Source of the DNA: Escherichia phage vB_EcoM-RPN226
Sequence record: OL770073.2
DNA length: 64,000 bases
Strand: one strand, 5' to 3'
Shown here: positions 9,043 through 17,372 of the stretch, in pieces
Layout: every line of letters starts with the position of its first letter
Numbering within the stretch: position 1 is the stretch's first letter
Made by a program: the position numbers and the translations under genes
The notes under the pieces: generated by a model
Seen by the model: only the letters and a program-made list of their open reading frames with translations
The model's database searches: none
What the model was told of the DNA's origin: nothing

Positions 9043-11736
9043 AAAGAATTTTATATCTCTATCGAAACAGTCGGAAATAATATTGTTGAGCGTTATATTG
9101 ATGAAAACGGAAAGGAACGTACTCGTGAAGTAGAATATCTTCCGACTATGTTTAGGCATTGTAAGGAAGAGTCAAAGTACAAAGACATTTATGGTAAAAA
9201 CTGTGCTCCTCAAAAATTTCCATCAATGAAAGATGCACGAGATTGGATGAAACGAATGGAAGACATCGGTCTCGAAGCTCTTGGTATGAACGATTTTAAA
9301 CTCGCTTATATCAGTGATACATATGGTTCAGAAATTGTTTATGACCGAAAATTTGTTCGTGTAGCTAACTGTGACATTGAGGTTACTGGTGATAAATTTC
9401 CTGACCCAATGAAAGCAGAATATGAAATTGATGCTATCACTCATTATGATTCAATTGACGACCGTTTTTACGTCTTTGATTTGTTGAATTCAATGTACGG
9501 TTCAGTATCAAAATGGGATGCAAAGTTAGCTGCTAAGCTTGACTGTGAAGGTGGTGATGAAGTTCCTCAGGAAATTCTTGACCGAGTAATTTATATGCCA
9601 TTTGATAATGAGCGTGATATGCTCATGGAATATATTAATCTCTGGGAACAGAAACGACCTGCTATTTTTACCGGTTGGAATATTGAGGGATTTGACGTTC
9701 CGTATATCATGAATCGTGTTAAAATGGTTCTCGGTGAACGCAGTATGAAACGCTTCTCTCCAATCGGTCGAGTAAAATCTAAACTAATTCAAAATATGTA
9801 CGGTAGCAAAGAAATTTATTCTATTGATGGCGTATCTATTCTTGATTATTTAGATTTGTACAAGAAATTCGCATTTACTAATTTGCCATCATTCTCTTTG
9901 GAATCAGTTGCTCAGCACGAAACCAAAAAAGGTAAATTGCCGTACGATGGTCCTATTAATAAACTTCGTGAGACTAATCATCAACGATACATTAGTTATA
10001 ACATCATTGACGTAGAATCAGTTCAAGCAATTGATAAAATTCGCGGGTTTATCGATCTAGTTTTAAGTATGTCTTATTACGCTAAAATGCCTTTTTCTGG
10101 TGTAATGAGTCCTATTAAAACTTGGGATGCTATTATTTTTAACTCACTGAAAGGTGAACATAAGGTTATTCCTCAACAAGGTTCGCACGTTAAACAGAGT
10201 TTTCCAGGTGCATTTGTATTTGAACCTAAACCGATTGCTCGTCGATACATTATGAGTTTTGACTTGACGTCTCTGTATCCTAGCATTATTCGTCAGGTTA
10301 ACATTAGTCCTGAGACTATTCGTGGACAGTTTAAAGTTCATCCAATTCATGAATATATCGCAGGAACAGCTCCTAAGCCAAGTGATGAATATTCTTGTTC
10401 TCCGAATGGATGGATGTATGATAAGCATCAAGAAGGTATCATTCCAAAGGAAATCGCTAAAGTATTTTTCCAACGTAAAGATTGGAAAAAGAAAATGTTC
10501 GCTGAAGAAATGAATGCCGAAGCTATTAAAAAGATTATTATGAAAGGTGCAGGGTCTTGTTCAACTAAACCAGAAGTTGAACGATATGTTAAGTTCAATG
10601 ATGATTTCTTAAACGAATTATCGAATTACACTGAATCTGTTCTTAATAGTCTGATCGAAGAATGTGAAAAAGCAGCTACACTTGCTAACACAAATCAGCT
10701 GAACCGTAAAATTCTTATCAACAGTCTTTATGGTGCTCTTGGTAATATTCATTTCCGTTACTATGATTTGCGAAATGCTACTGCTATCACAATTTTTGGT
10801 CAAGTTGGTATTCAGTGGATTGCTCGTAAAATTAATGAATACCTAAATAAAGTATGTGGAACTGATGGTGAAGATTTCATCGCAGCAGGTGATACTGATT
10901 CGGTATATGTTTGTGTAGATAAAGTAATTGAAAAAGTAGGTCTTGACCGCTTTAAAGAACAAAATGATTTAGTTGAATTCATGAATCAGTTCGGTAAGAA
11001 AAAGATGGAACCTATGATTGATGTTGCATATCGTGAGTTATGCGATTATATGAATAACCGCGAGCATCTGATGCATATGGACCGTGAAGCTATTTCTTGC
11101 CCTCCGCTTGGTTCAAAGGGTGTTGGTGGATTTTGGAAAGCGAAAAAACGTTATGCTCTGAACGTTTATGATATGGAAGATAAGCGATTTGCTGAACCAC
11201 ATCTAAAAATCATGGGTATGGAAACTCAGCAGAGTTCAACACCAAAAGCAGTACAAGAAGCTCTCGAAGAAAGTATTCGTCGTATTCTTCAGGAAGGCGA
11301 AGAGTCTGTCCAAGAATACTATAAGAACTTTGAGAAAGAATATCGTCAACTTGACTATAAAGTTATTGCTGAAGTAAAAACCGCGAACGATATAGCGAAA
11401 TATGATGATAAAGGTTGGCCAGGGTTTAAATGCCCGTTCCATATTCGTGGTGTACTAACTTATCGTCGAGCTGTTAGTGGTTTAGGTGTAGCTCCAATTT
11501 TGGATGGAAATAAGGTAATGGTTCTTCCATTACGTGAGGGAAATCCATTTGGTGACAAGTGTATTGCTTGGCCGTCGGGCACAGAACTTCCAAAAGAAAT
11601 TCGTTCTGATGTACTGTCTTGGATTGACTACTCAACTTTGTTCCAAAAATCGTTTGTTAAACCGCTTGCGGGCATGTGTGAATCGGCAGGTATGGACTAT
11701 GAGGAAAAAGCTTCGTTAGACTTCCTGTTTGGCTGA
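9040..11736 (+). CDS. 43: DNA polymerase gp43 (family B, with 3'-5' exonuclease)
   Basis: 898 aa as in T4 gp43; exo motifs (FANCDIEV, YNIIDVES), pol motifs (DLTSLYPS, KILINSLYG, YGDTDS). Confidence 0.97.
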   Translation: MKEFYISIETVGNNIVERYIDENGKERTREVEYLPTMFRHCKEESKYKDIYGKNCAPQKFPSMKDARDWMKRMEDIGLEALGMNDFKLAYISDTYGSEIVYDRKFVRVANCDIEVTGDKFPDPMKAEYEIDAITHYDSIDDRFYVFDLLNSMYGSVSKWDAKLAAKLDCEGGDEVPQEILDRVIYMPFDNERDMLMEYINLWEQKRPAIFTGWNIEGFDVPYIMNRVKMVLGERSMKRFSPIGRVKSKLIQNMYGSKEIYSIDGVSILDYLDLYKKFAFTNLPSFSLESVAQHETKKGKLPYDGPINKLRETNHQRYISYNIIDVESVQAIDKIRGFIDLVLSMSYYAKMPFSGVMSPIKTWDAIIFNSLKGEHKVIPQQGSHVKQSFPGAFVFEPKPIARRYIMSFDLTSLYPSIIRQVNISPETIRGQFKVHPIHEYIAGTAPKPSDEYSCSPNGWMYDKHQEGIIPKEIAKVFFQRKDWKKKMFAEEMNAEAIKKIIMKGAGSCSTKPEVERYVKFNDDFLNELSNYTESVLNSLIEECEKAATLANTNQLNRKILINSLYGALGNIHFRYYDLRNATAITIFGQVGIQWIARKINEYLNKVCGTDGEDFIAAGDTDSVYVCVDKVIEKVGLDRFKEQNDLVEFMNQFGKKKMEPMIDVAYRELCDYMNNREHLMHMDREAISCPPLGSKGVGGFWKAKKRYALNVYDMEDKRFAEPHLKIMGMETQQSSTPKAVQEALEESIRRILQEGEESVQEYYKNFEKEYRQLDYKVIAEVKTANDIAKYDDKGWPGFKCPFHIRGVLTYRRAVSGLGVAPILDGNKVMVLPLREGNPFGDKCIAWPSGTELPKEIRSDVLSWIDYSTLFQKSFVKPLAGMCESAGMDYEEKASLDFLFG

Positions 11737-11748
11737 TAGAATAAATCT

Positions 11749-11771
11749 AGGGACCTCCGGGTCCCTTTTTC
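11749..11771 (+). terminator. GGGACC-UCCG-GGUCCC hairpin with U5
   Basis: directly after gene 43 stop. Confidence 0.65.
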
Positions 11772-11853
11772 ACACAAGTAATGTAAATCTATACTTAAGA
11801 AAAATAGATGATTCTAGGTCCTGTAAATTCATTAAAAATTTTTTCACAAAACT

Positions 11854-11884
11854 GTTTACATCCCGGTTCCTTTGTGGTACTATA
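11854..11884 (+). promoter_or_regulatory. T4-type early promoter (cassette copy A)
   Basis: A/T-rich UP region, -35-like GTTTAC, -10-like TACTAT about 18 bp downstream; shared leader GGTACTATACAACTATCAACTGATAC. Confidence 0.6.
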
Positions 11885-11917
11885 CAACTATCAACTGATA
11901 CGGATTTGGAGAATGAA

Positions 11918-12298
11918 ATGAAAATCGCTATTTTGGTTATTGCATTGGGTCTTACTGGTTGTGTAGCTCAAGGACCAGTAGTAAATCAGTCTGATGCAGG
12001 AAAAATTGTAAACTGTTCAAGCAAATTTTATAATCCTAACGTCAAGTGTTATAAAGAGGCTCCAAAACAGACAGTAGAACAAATGCAGGCGAATTTTGAC
12101 GAAGCTATTCGTCCAGATGAATCTGCACAAACATATCGTAATTCAGATGTAATTACGCGTGAAGAAAAAATTGAAAACTACTGTGCTGAACTTTGGGCAA
12201 ATTGGGCTAATAATTACCAATGGCGTACTGGTAAAAATGCTCCGATGGAGTATGTAGTAAATTCTTATAATTCATGTGTAAAAAATTTGACTAAGTGA
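11918..12298 (+). CDS. putative lipoprotein (imm.1 position)
   Basis: 126 aa from ATG with GGAG RBS; signal peptide plus lipobox LTGC; track ORF start 11729 is read-through of promoter region. Confidence 0.5.
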   Translation: MKIAILVIALGLTGCVAQGPVVNQSDAGKIVNCSSKFYNPNVKCYKEAPKQTVEQMQANFDEAIRPDESAQTYRNSDVITREEKIENYCAELWANWANNYQWRTGKNAPMEYVVNSYNSCVKNLTK

Positions 12299-12305
12299 GG
12301 AAAAG

Positions 12306-12557
12306 ATGGAAACTTTAGTAGCAGGTTCAATTTTTATGGTTTTAGTTTCAGGCGTGTTGGCTATTATTATATACATGCTTCCGTGGTTCATCGCCTTGAT
12401 GCGTGGGTCAAAATCGACAGTAGGAATCTTTTTCACATCTTTACTGTTTAACTGGTCAATCATTGGTTGGTTTATTACTTTTATTTGGTCAATTGCCGGT
12501 GAAACTAAAAAGTCAACACAGCCAAATCAAGTAATTATCATCAGAGAGAAGGAATGA
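12306..12557 (+). CDS. imm: superinfection immunity membrane protein Imm
   Basis: 83 aa, two hydrophobic helices, matches T4 Imm. Confidence 0.8.
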   Translation: METLVAGSIFMVLVSGVLAIIIYMLPWFIALMRGSKSTVGIFFTSLLFNWSIIGWFITFIWSIAGETKKSTQPNQVIIIREKE

Positions 12558-12703
12558 AAAGCAAAATTTTAGCAGTATTGCTTTTAATCTTGATGATTAT
12601 AATAAGTATATACTATAGCGTAACAGTTCCTCTTATGATTCCGCCACTTATTATAGGTTGGAGTTTATTACTGTTACAAATTAAATATGAATGCATCAAT
12701 TGA
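12554..12703 (+). CDS. small hydrophobic protein (49 aa)
   Basis: hand-translated MKSKILAVLLLILMIIISIYYSVTVPLMIPPLIIGWSLLLLQIKYECIN; ATG overlaps imm stop. Confidence 0.3.
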   Translation: MKSKILAVLLLILMIIISIYYSVTVPLMIPPLIIGWSLLLLQIKYECIN

Positions 12704-12710
12704 GGTTTAA

Positions 12711-13451
12711 ATGATTAACGATTATATGACAGTTGAAGAAATCCGTCTTGATTTGGGTCTTGCATTAAAGGAAAAAGATTTCGTAATTGATAAAACCGGG
12801 GTTAAAACTATTGAAATTATTGGTGCATCATTTGTAGCAGATGAACCTTTTATTTTTGGCGCTCTTAATGATGAATACATTCAACGTGAACTTGAATGGT
12901 ATAAGTCTCAAAGTTTGTTTGTTAAAGATATTCCAGGTGAAACACCAAAGATTTGGCAGCAGGTAGCATCTTCTAAAGGCGAAATTAACTCGAATTATGG
13001 TTGGGCCATCTGGTCAGAAGATAACTATGCCCAGTATGATATGTGTTTAGCTGAACTTGGTCAAAATCCTGATTCTCGACGTGGTATCATGATTTATACT
13101 CGTCCATCCATGCAGTTTGACTACAATAAAGATGGCATGTCAGATTTCATGTGTACTAATACAGTACAGTACCTGATTCGTGATAAGAAAATTAATGCAG
13201 TGGTTAATATGAGAAGCAATGACTGCTGGGCAGGCTATCGTAATGATTATGCGTGGCAAAAATACGTACTAGATAAATTAGTATCTGATTTGAATGCAGG
13301 CGACCCATCACGACAGTATAAAGCAGGTTCTATTATATGGAATGTTGGAAGTCTTCATGTGTACGAAAATCAGTTTTATTTGGTTGACCATTGGTGGAAC
13401 ACCGGTGAAACCCATATTGCTAAAAAGGATTATACTGGAAAATGGAAGTAA
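12711..13451 (+). CDS. 42: dCMP hydroxymethylase gp42
   Basis: 246 aa, thymidylate-synthase-like fold; matches T4 gp42. Confidence 0.95.
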   Translation: MINDYMTVEEIRLDLGLALKEKDFVIDKTGVKTIEIIGASFVADEPFIFGALNDEYIQRELEWYKSQSLFVKDIPGETPKIWQQVASSKGEINSNYGWAIWSEDNYAQYDMCLAELGQNPDSRRGIMIYTRPSMQFDYNKDGMSDFMCTNTVQYLIRDKKINAVVNMRSNDCWAGYRNDYAWQKYVLDKLVSDLNAGDPSRQYKAGSIIWNVGSLHVYENQFYLVDHWWNTGETHIAKKDYTGKWK

Positions 13452-14083
13452 ATGCGCCACATGTTTATAAGTATAAACATCCTAAAACTAAAAAGTGGTA
13501 TATAGGAAGTCATGATGGTCACAACCCGAATTATGATGGTTCGGGTGTAGTTTGGCAACATGCTAAAAAGAAATATGGAATAAAATCCTTTAATAAAGAA
13601 ATATTATATGAAGGACCAATGTTTAGACAGGTTGAAGAAATTATTTTAACTTGTTTAGATGCTGCTAATTGTCCAGATTCATATAATTTAAAGAATGAAG
13701 CATGGGGAGGAAGTTTTCCAGGCAAATTAAATGGAATGTACGGTAAAAAACTATCTCCAGAAGAAAGATATAAGTGCGGAAATGCCTTTCGTGGAATCAA
13801 GCGTCCTGATCATTCTAAAAGAATGAAAGGCGAAGGTAATCCAATGTATGGTAAAAATGAGCAGGCATATGGAATTATAAATCGAGCAAAGGAAAATTCT
13901 GGTAAAACTTATGAAGAAATTTTTGGCGCAGAAAAAGCTAAAATAATTAAAGAAACGATGTCTAAAAATCGTAAAGGAAAACCTCATAATTTGATAGAAA
14001 AAATATGTCCGCATTGCGGACTAAAAGGACGTGGGCCAAATATGACAAGATACCATTTTGACAAATGTAAGGCACTTAAATGA
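13442..14083 (+). CDS. GIY-YIG homing endonuclease (Seg-like, free-standing)
   Basis: N-terminal VYKYKH...KKWYIGSH (GIY-YIG), basic NUMOD-like repeats, C-terminal CPHCG zinc motif; start overlaps 3' end of gene 42. Confidence 0.6.
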   Translation: MEVNAPHVYKYKHPKTKKWYIGSHDGHNPNYDGSGVVWQHAKKKYGIKSFNKEILYEGPMFRQVEEIILTCLDAANCPDSYNLKNEAWGGSFPGKLNGMYGKKLSPEERYKCGNAFRGIKRPDHSKRMKGEGNPMYGKNEQAYGIINRAKENSGKTYEEIFGAEKAKIIKETMSKNRKGKPHNLIEKICPHCGLKGRGPNMTRYHFDKCKALK

Positions 14084-14922
14084 TTCAATTCGTAATTCCA
14101 AGTTATCAACGCGTAGGGGCAGTTTCTGCCCTTGATATGTTTCCATCTGATTATGAACCTCATATTGTAGTACGTAAACACGAAGAAAAAGCTTATTATG
14201 ATGCTTATGGGTCTAGAGCTAAAATTATAACTATTCCTGATGATGTTAATGGAATTGCTGGTACTCGTAAAGCAATTACTGATATGTATGCAGGCCAACG
14301 AATCTGGATGATTGATGATGATACTACTATTCGTATGAGTTCAATGCGAAAGAAAGATGATCGTCGCTGCGTAGATAAAATTAATCAATTAACTCGTGAA
14401 CAGTTCTATGAATTGATTCAATACGTTGAAGATGCAATGGATTGTGGGTATTATCACGGTCATGCTCGTCTACCTATTTTTAAAATTACTTCATCTTGGG
14501 GTAATTATCGTGAAAATTCATATGGATTCACGAATACCTGGTATGACCTCGGAAAACTTACAACAGAACAAATTGGGTATGGAAAAATTGATTTATGCGA
14601 AGATATGTATGCATTTCTCAATTTAATTAATCAAGGTTATCCGCATTTGGCCTTGTTCAAATATCTGGTTGTGTCTGGAAAAGCACAAGCTCCAGGCGGA
14701 TGTAGTTCAATTCGTAGTAATTCAAAACATAATAGAGCTCTTGAGCAAATCAATAGAGAGTTTCCAGAGCAAGCTCGTTGGAAAACATCGAATATTGAAA
14801 AGAGAAAATCGTTGGGCGAAGAAGACGAGCCATTAAAGGTTCTTCGCATGTGTGTTTCGCGCAAAGAAAAATCAGAAGCGTTTCATAAGTTTAATGCTAT
14901 TCATCCAATAGCAGTCGATTAA
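14080..14922 (+). CDS. GT-A type glycosyltransferase at the beta-gt locus (candidate HMC-DNA glucosyltransferase, not T4 beta-gt)
   Basis: 280 aa; VIPSYQR near N-terminus and WMIDDD (DxD) motif; occupies slot between 42 and uvsX. Confidence 0.45.
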   Translation: MIQFVIPSYQRVGAVSALDMFPSDYEPHIVVRKHEEKAYYDAYGSRAKIITIPDDVNGIAGTRKAITDMYAGQRIWMIDDDTTIRMSSMRKKDDRRCVDKINQLTREQFYELIQYVEDAMDCGYYHGHARLPIFKITSSWGNYRENSYGFTNTWYDLGKLTTEQIGYGKIDLCEDMYAFLNLINQGYPHLALFKYLVVSGKAQAPGGCSSIRSNSKHNRALEQINREFPEQARWKTSNIEKRKSLGEEDEPLKVLRMCVSRKEKSEAFHKFNAIHPIAVD

Positions 14923-14947
14923 TGCCTAAATTTATTGTGTTATAATT
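14920..14947 (+). promoter_or_regulatory. putative middle promoter upstream of uvsX
   Basis: MotA-box-like ATGCCTAA about 12 bp upstream of TATAAT; approx coordinates. Confidence 0.35.
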
Positions 14948-14999
14948 ACTCTATCTTTAACCAGTGAGGAAAATATAATGATGCCTATGGAAAAAATGA

Positions 15000-15929
15000 A
15001 TGTCTATTGCAGATTTAAAATCCCGTTTGATTAAAGCTTCCACTTCTAAAATGACTGCTGAACTGACTACATCTAAATTCTTTAATGAAAAGGATGTAAT
15101 CCGTACAAAAATCCCAATGCTCAATATCGCTATTTCCGGCGCGATTGATGGTGGTATGCAGTCTGGTTTAACTATTTTTGCAGGTCCTTCTAAACACTTT
15201 AAATCAAATATGTCTTTGACTATGGTTGCGGCGTATTTGAACAAATATCCTGACGCGGTTTGTCTATTTTATGATAGCGAATTTGGTATTACTCCAGCTT
15301 ATTTGCGATCCATGGGAGTTGACCCGGAACGAGTAATTCATACGCCAATTCAGTCAGTTGAACAGCTGAAAATTGATATGGTGAATCAGCTTGAAGCTAT
15401 TGAGCGCGGTGAAAAAGTTATTGTATTCATCGACTCAATCGGTAATATGGCTTCTAAGAAAGAAACGGAAGATGCCTTGAATGAAAAATCTGTGGCAGAT
15501 ATGACTCGTGCTAAATCACTGAAGTCATTATTCCGTATTGTTACTCCTTATTTTAGTATTAAAAACATTCCATGTGTTGCGGTTAACCATACAATTGAAA
15601 CAATTGAAATGTTTAGTAAAACCGTGATGACAGGTGGTTGTGTTATTGCTGGTACTAAAATCCAGATGTCCGATGGTTCTACTAAAGCAGTTGAAGATAT
15701 TCGCCCGGGTGAACGTGTTAAAACCATGGTCGGTGATAATGAAGTAACTTATGTTTGGGACCCCGAAACTCTGGCTGAAGGTACTCCTGAATGTTTCGAA
15801 ATTGAATTCGAAGACGGTTATAAAGTAACTACTTCTAATACTCATAAATTTCTGGTAATGGTTAAAGACATTCCAACGTGGGTTGAAGCTAAAGACTTAG
15901 TAGCCGGTATGGATTGTGTTGTAAGGTAA
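15000..15929 (+). CDS. uvsX: UvsX recombinase N-terminal part (213 aa) fused to N-terminal half of a split intein (96 aa)
   Basis: residues 1-213 colinear with T4 UvsX up to KTVMTGG; then CVIAGTKIQMSDGS (Hint block A, Cys1) and TTSNTHKF (block B); stop at 15927. Confidence 0.85.
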   Translation: MSIADLKSRLIKASTSKMTAELTTSKFFNEKDVIRTKIPMLNIAISGAIDGGMQSGLTIFAGPSKHFKSNMSLTMVAAYLNKYPDAVCLFYDSEFGITPAYLRSMGVDPERVIHTPIQSVEQLKIDMVNQLEAIERGEKVIVFIDSIGNMASKKETEDALNEKSVADMTRAKSLKSLFRIVTPYFSIKNIPCVAVNHTIETIEMFSKTVMTGGCVIAGTKIQMSDGSTKAVEDIRPGERVKTMVGDNEVTYVWDPETLAEGTPECFEIEFEDGYKVTTSNTHKFLVMVKDIPTWVEAKDLVAGMDCVVR

Positions 15930-16829
15930 ATAAATATGGATACCGGACTAATGTATATTTTGAGGTATCCATATGAATTTTGTCTACAAAATCGTGTTCA
16001 ACAATAGAATTAAAGAAAACACTCCACCGTTTTACTACATAGGAAGCAAAACGAACGCTTCCTATGTAGATGGTAAGATTATAGATTCCAATGGTCATGA
16101 GTACTATGGTTCATCGAGATATCCCGGATATTATGATTTTATCGATAATGTTACGGTGGAAATACTTGAACAATTCGATGAGATAGAACACGCCGAACTA
16201 TTAGAGCGTGAAAATTTTTATCAGAAACAAGTAAAAGTTAAAACAAATCCAGATTATTTTAATTTGGATTATGCATGCGGACATAATTCATATGCTAATT
16301 CTGATTTTGCGTCGTACAAGCATCATATAACAGGCAAATGTATTCGTCTTGAAAGAAACCATCCTCTTGTTAAATCGGGAGAATATGTTGGCGTCACAAA
16401 AGGCGCGAAATGTTCTGATGCTCATCGTAAGCTCATATCAGAAGCTATTACTGGAGAAAACAACGGTTTCTATGGTAAGAAACATTCTAAAGAAACCCTC
16501 GATATAATAGCAGAAAAGGCAAAGAAAAGATTAAAGCATTCCCATCCTAGACAAAAAGGTGTTATTATAAACGGTATTGAATATCGTGGTGTCCGTCCTG
16601 CTGCAAGAGAACTAGGAATTAATCCTAATACAATTATCCGCAAGATTAAAACTAACACTAAAGGCTGGGCTTATGCGGCACAGTGATATTATTAAACTAG
16701 CTACTACGAAACACAAGGTAAAGTATGAAAATTAAATCTGTTAAATCTGTTGGTAAAAAAGAAGTCTATGATTTGTCTGTTGCTGACGTAGAGCATTATG
16801 TTTTAGAAAATGGTATCGTTACACACAAC
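15639..16829 (+). mobile_element. split intein plus embedded free-standing homing endonuclease gene interrupting uvsX
   Basis: N-intein 15639..15926, HEG 15973..16686, C-intein 16725..16829; exteins rejoin to a 393-aa UvsX. Confidence 0.75.
15973..16686 (+). CDS. GIY-YIG homing endonuclease (free-standing, between the two uvsX pieces)
   Basis: own RBS (TGAGGTA) and ATG, different frame from uvsX; FVYKIVF...PFYYIGSK GIY-YIG motif; NUMOD-like FYGKKHSKETL; C-terminal HTH-like GINPNTIIRKIK. Confidence 0.65.
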   Translation: MNFVYKIVFNNRIKENTPPFYYIGSKTNASYVDGKIIDSNGHEYYGSSRYPGYYDFIDNVTVEILEQFDEIEHAELLERENFYQKQVKVKTNPDYFNLDYACGHNSYANSDFASYKHHITGKCIRLERNHPLVKSGEYVGVTKGAKCSDAHRKLISEAITGENNGFYGKKHSKETLDIIAEKAKKRLKHSHPRQKGVIINGIEYRGVRPAARELGINPNTIIRKIKTNTKGWAYAAQ

Positions 16830-17372
16830 ACAGGCGTAATGTATTCGGCTGATACCGTATTCATTATCGGTAAACGTCAGATTAAAGATGGTTCTGATCT
16901 TCAGGGGTATCAATTTGTTCTAAATGTAGAAAAATCTCGTACCGTTAAAGAAAAAAGTAAATTCTTTATTGATGTTAAATTTGACGGTGGTATCGATCCT
17001 TATTCTGGATTGTTAGATATGGCTCTTGAATTAGGATTTGTAGTAAAACCTAAAAATGGTTGGTATGCTCGTGAATTTCTTGACGAAGAAACCGGTGAGA
17101 TGATTCGCGAAGAAAAATCTTGGCGTGCAAAAGATACCAACTGCACTACATTCTGGGGTCCTTTATTTAAACATCAACCATTCCGAGATGCTATTAAACG
17201 TGCTTATCAGTTAGGTGCTATTGATAGTAATGAAATTGTTGAAGCTGAAGTTGATGAATTGATTAACTCAAAGGTTGAAAAATTTAAATCTCCAGAAAGT
17301 AAAAGTAAATCAGCAGCTGATTTAGAAACTGACCTAGATCAGTTAAGTGATATGGAAGAATTTAATGAATAA
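16725..17372 (+). CDS. uvsX: C-terminal half of split intein (35 aa) fused to UvsX C-terminal part (180 aa)
   Basis: MKIKSVKSVGKKEVYDLSVADVEHYVLENGIVTHN (blocks F/G ending His-Asn) then Thr+1 and TGVMYSADTVFIIGKRQ... colinear with T4 UvsX C-terminus; own RBS. Confidence 0.85.
   Translation: MKIKSVKSVGKKEVYDLSVADVEHYVLENGIVTHNTGVMYSADTVFIIGKRQIKDGSDLQGYQFVLNVEKSRTVKEKSKFFIDVKFDGGIDPYSGLLDMALELGFVVKPKNGWYAREFLDEETGEMIREEKSWRAKDTNCTTFWGPLFKHQPFRDAIKRAYQLGAIDSNEIVEAEVDELINSKVEKFKSPESKSKSAADLETDLDQLSDMEEFNE

Noticed and set aside
14977-15033. 18-codon upstream ORF with strong RBS (GAGGAAA) overlapping the uvsX start in another frame
   Set aside because: Probably reflects the uvsX translation-initiation region; too short and unconserved-looking to call a gene. 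A translational-coupling role is not excluded.
15927-16725. Possibility that the uvsX interruption is a simple frameshift or pseudogene
   Set aside because: Both pieces carry intact intein motifs with correct boundary residues (Cys1; His-Asn then Thr+1), the C piece has its own RBS and ATG, and the intervening ORF is an intact endonuclease. Sequencing error remains the main alternative and is listed under would_refute.
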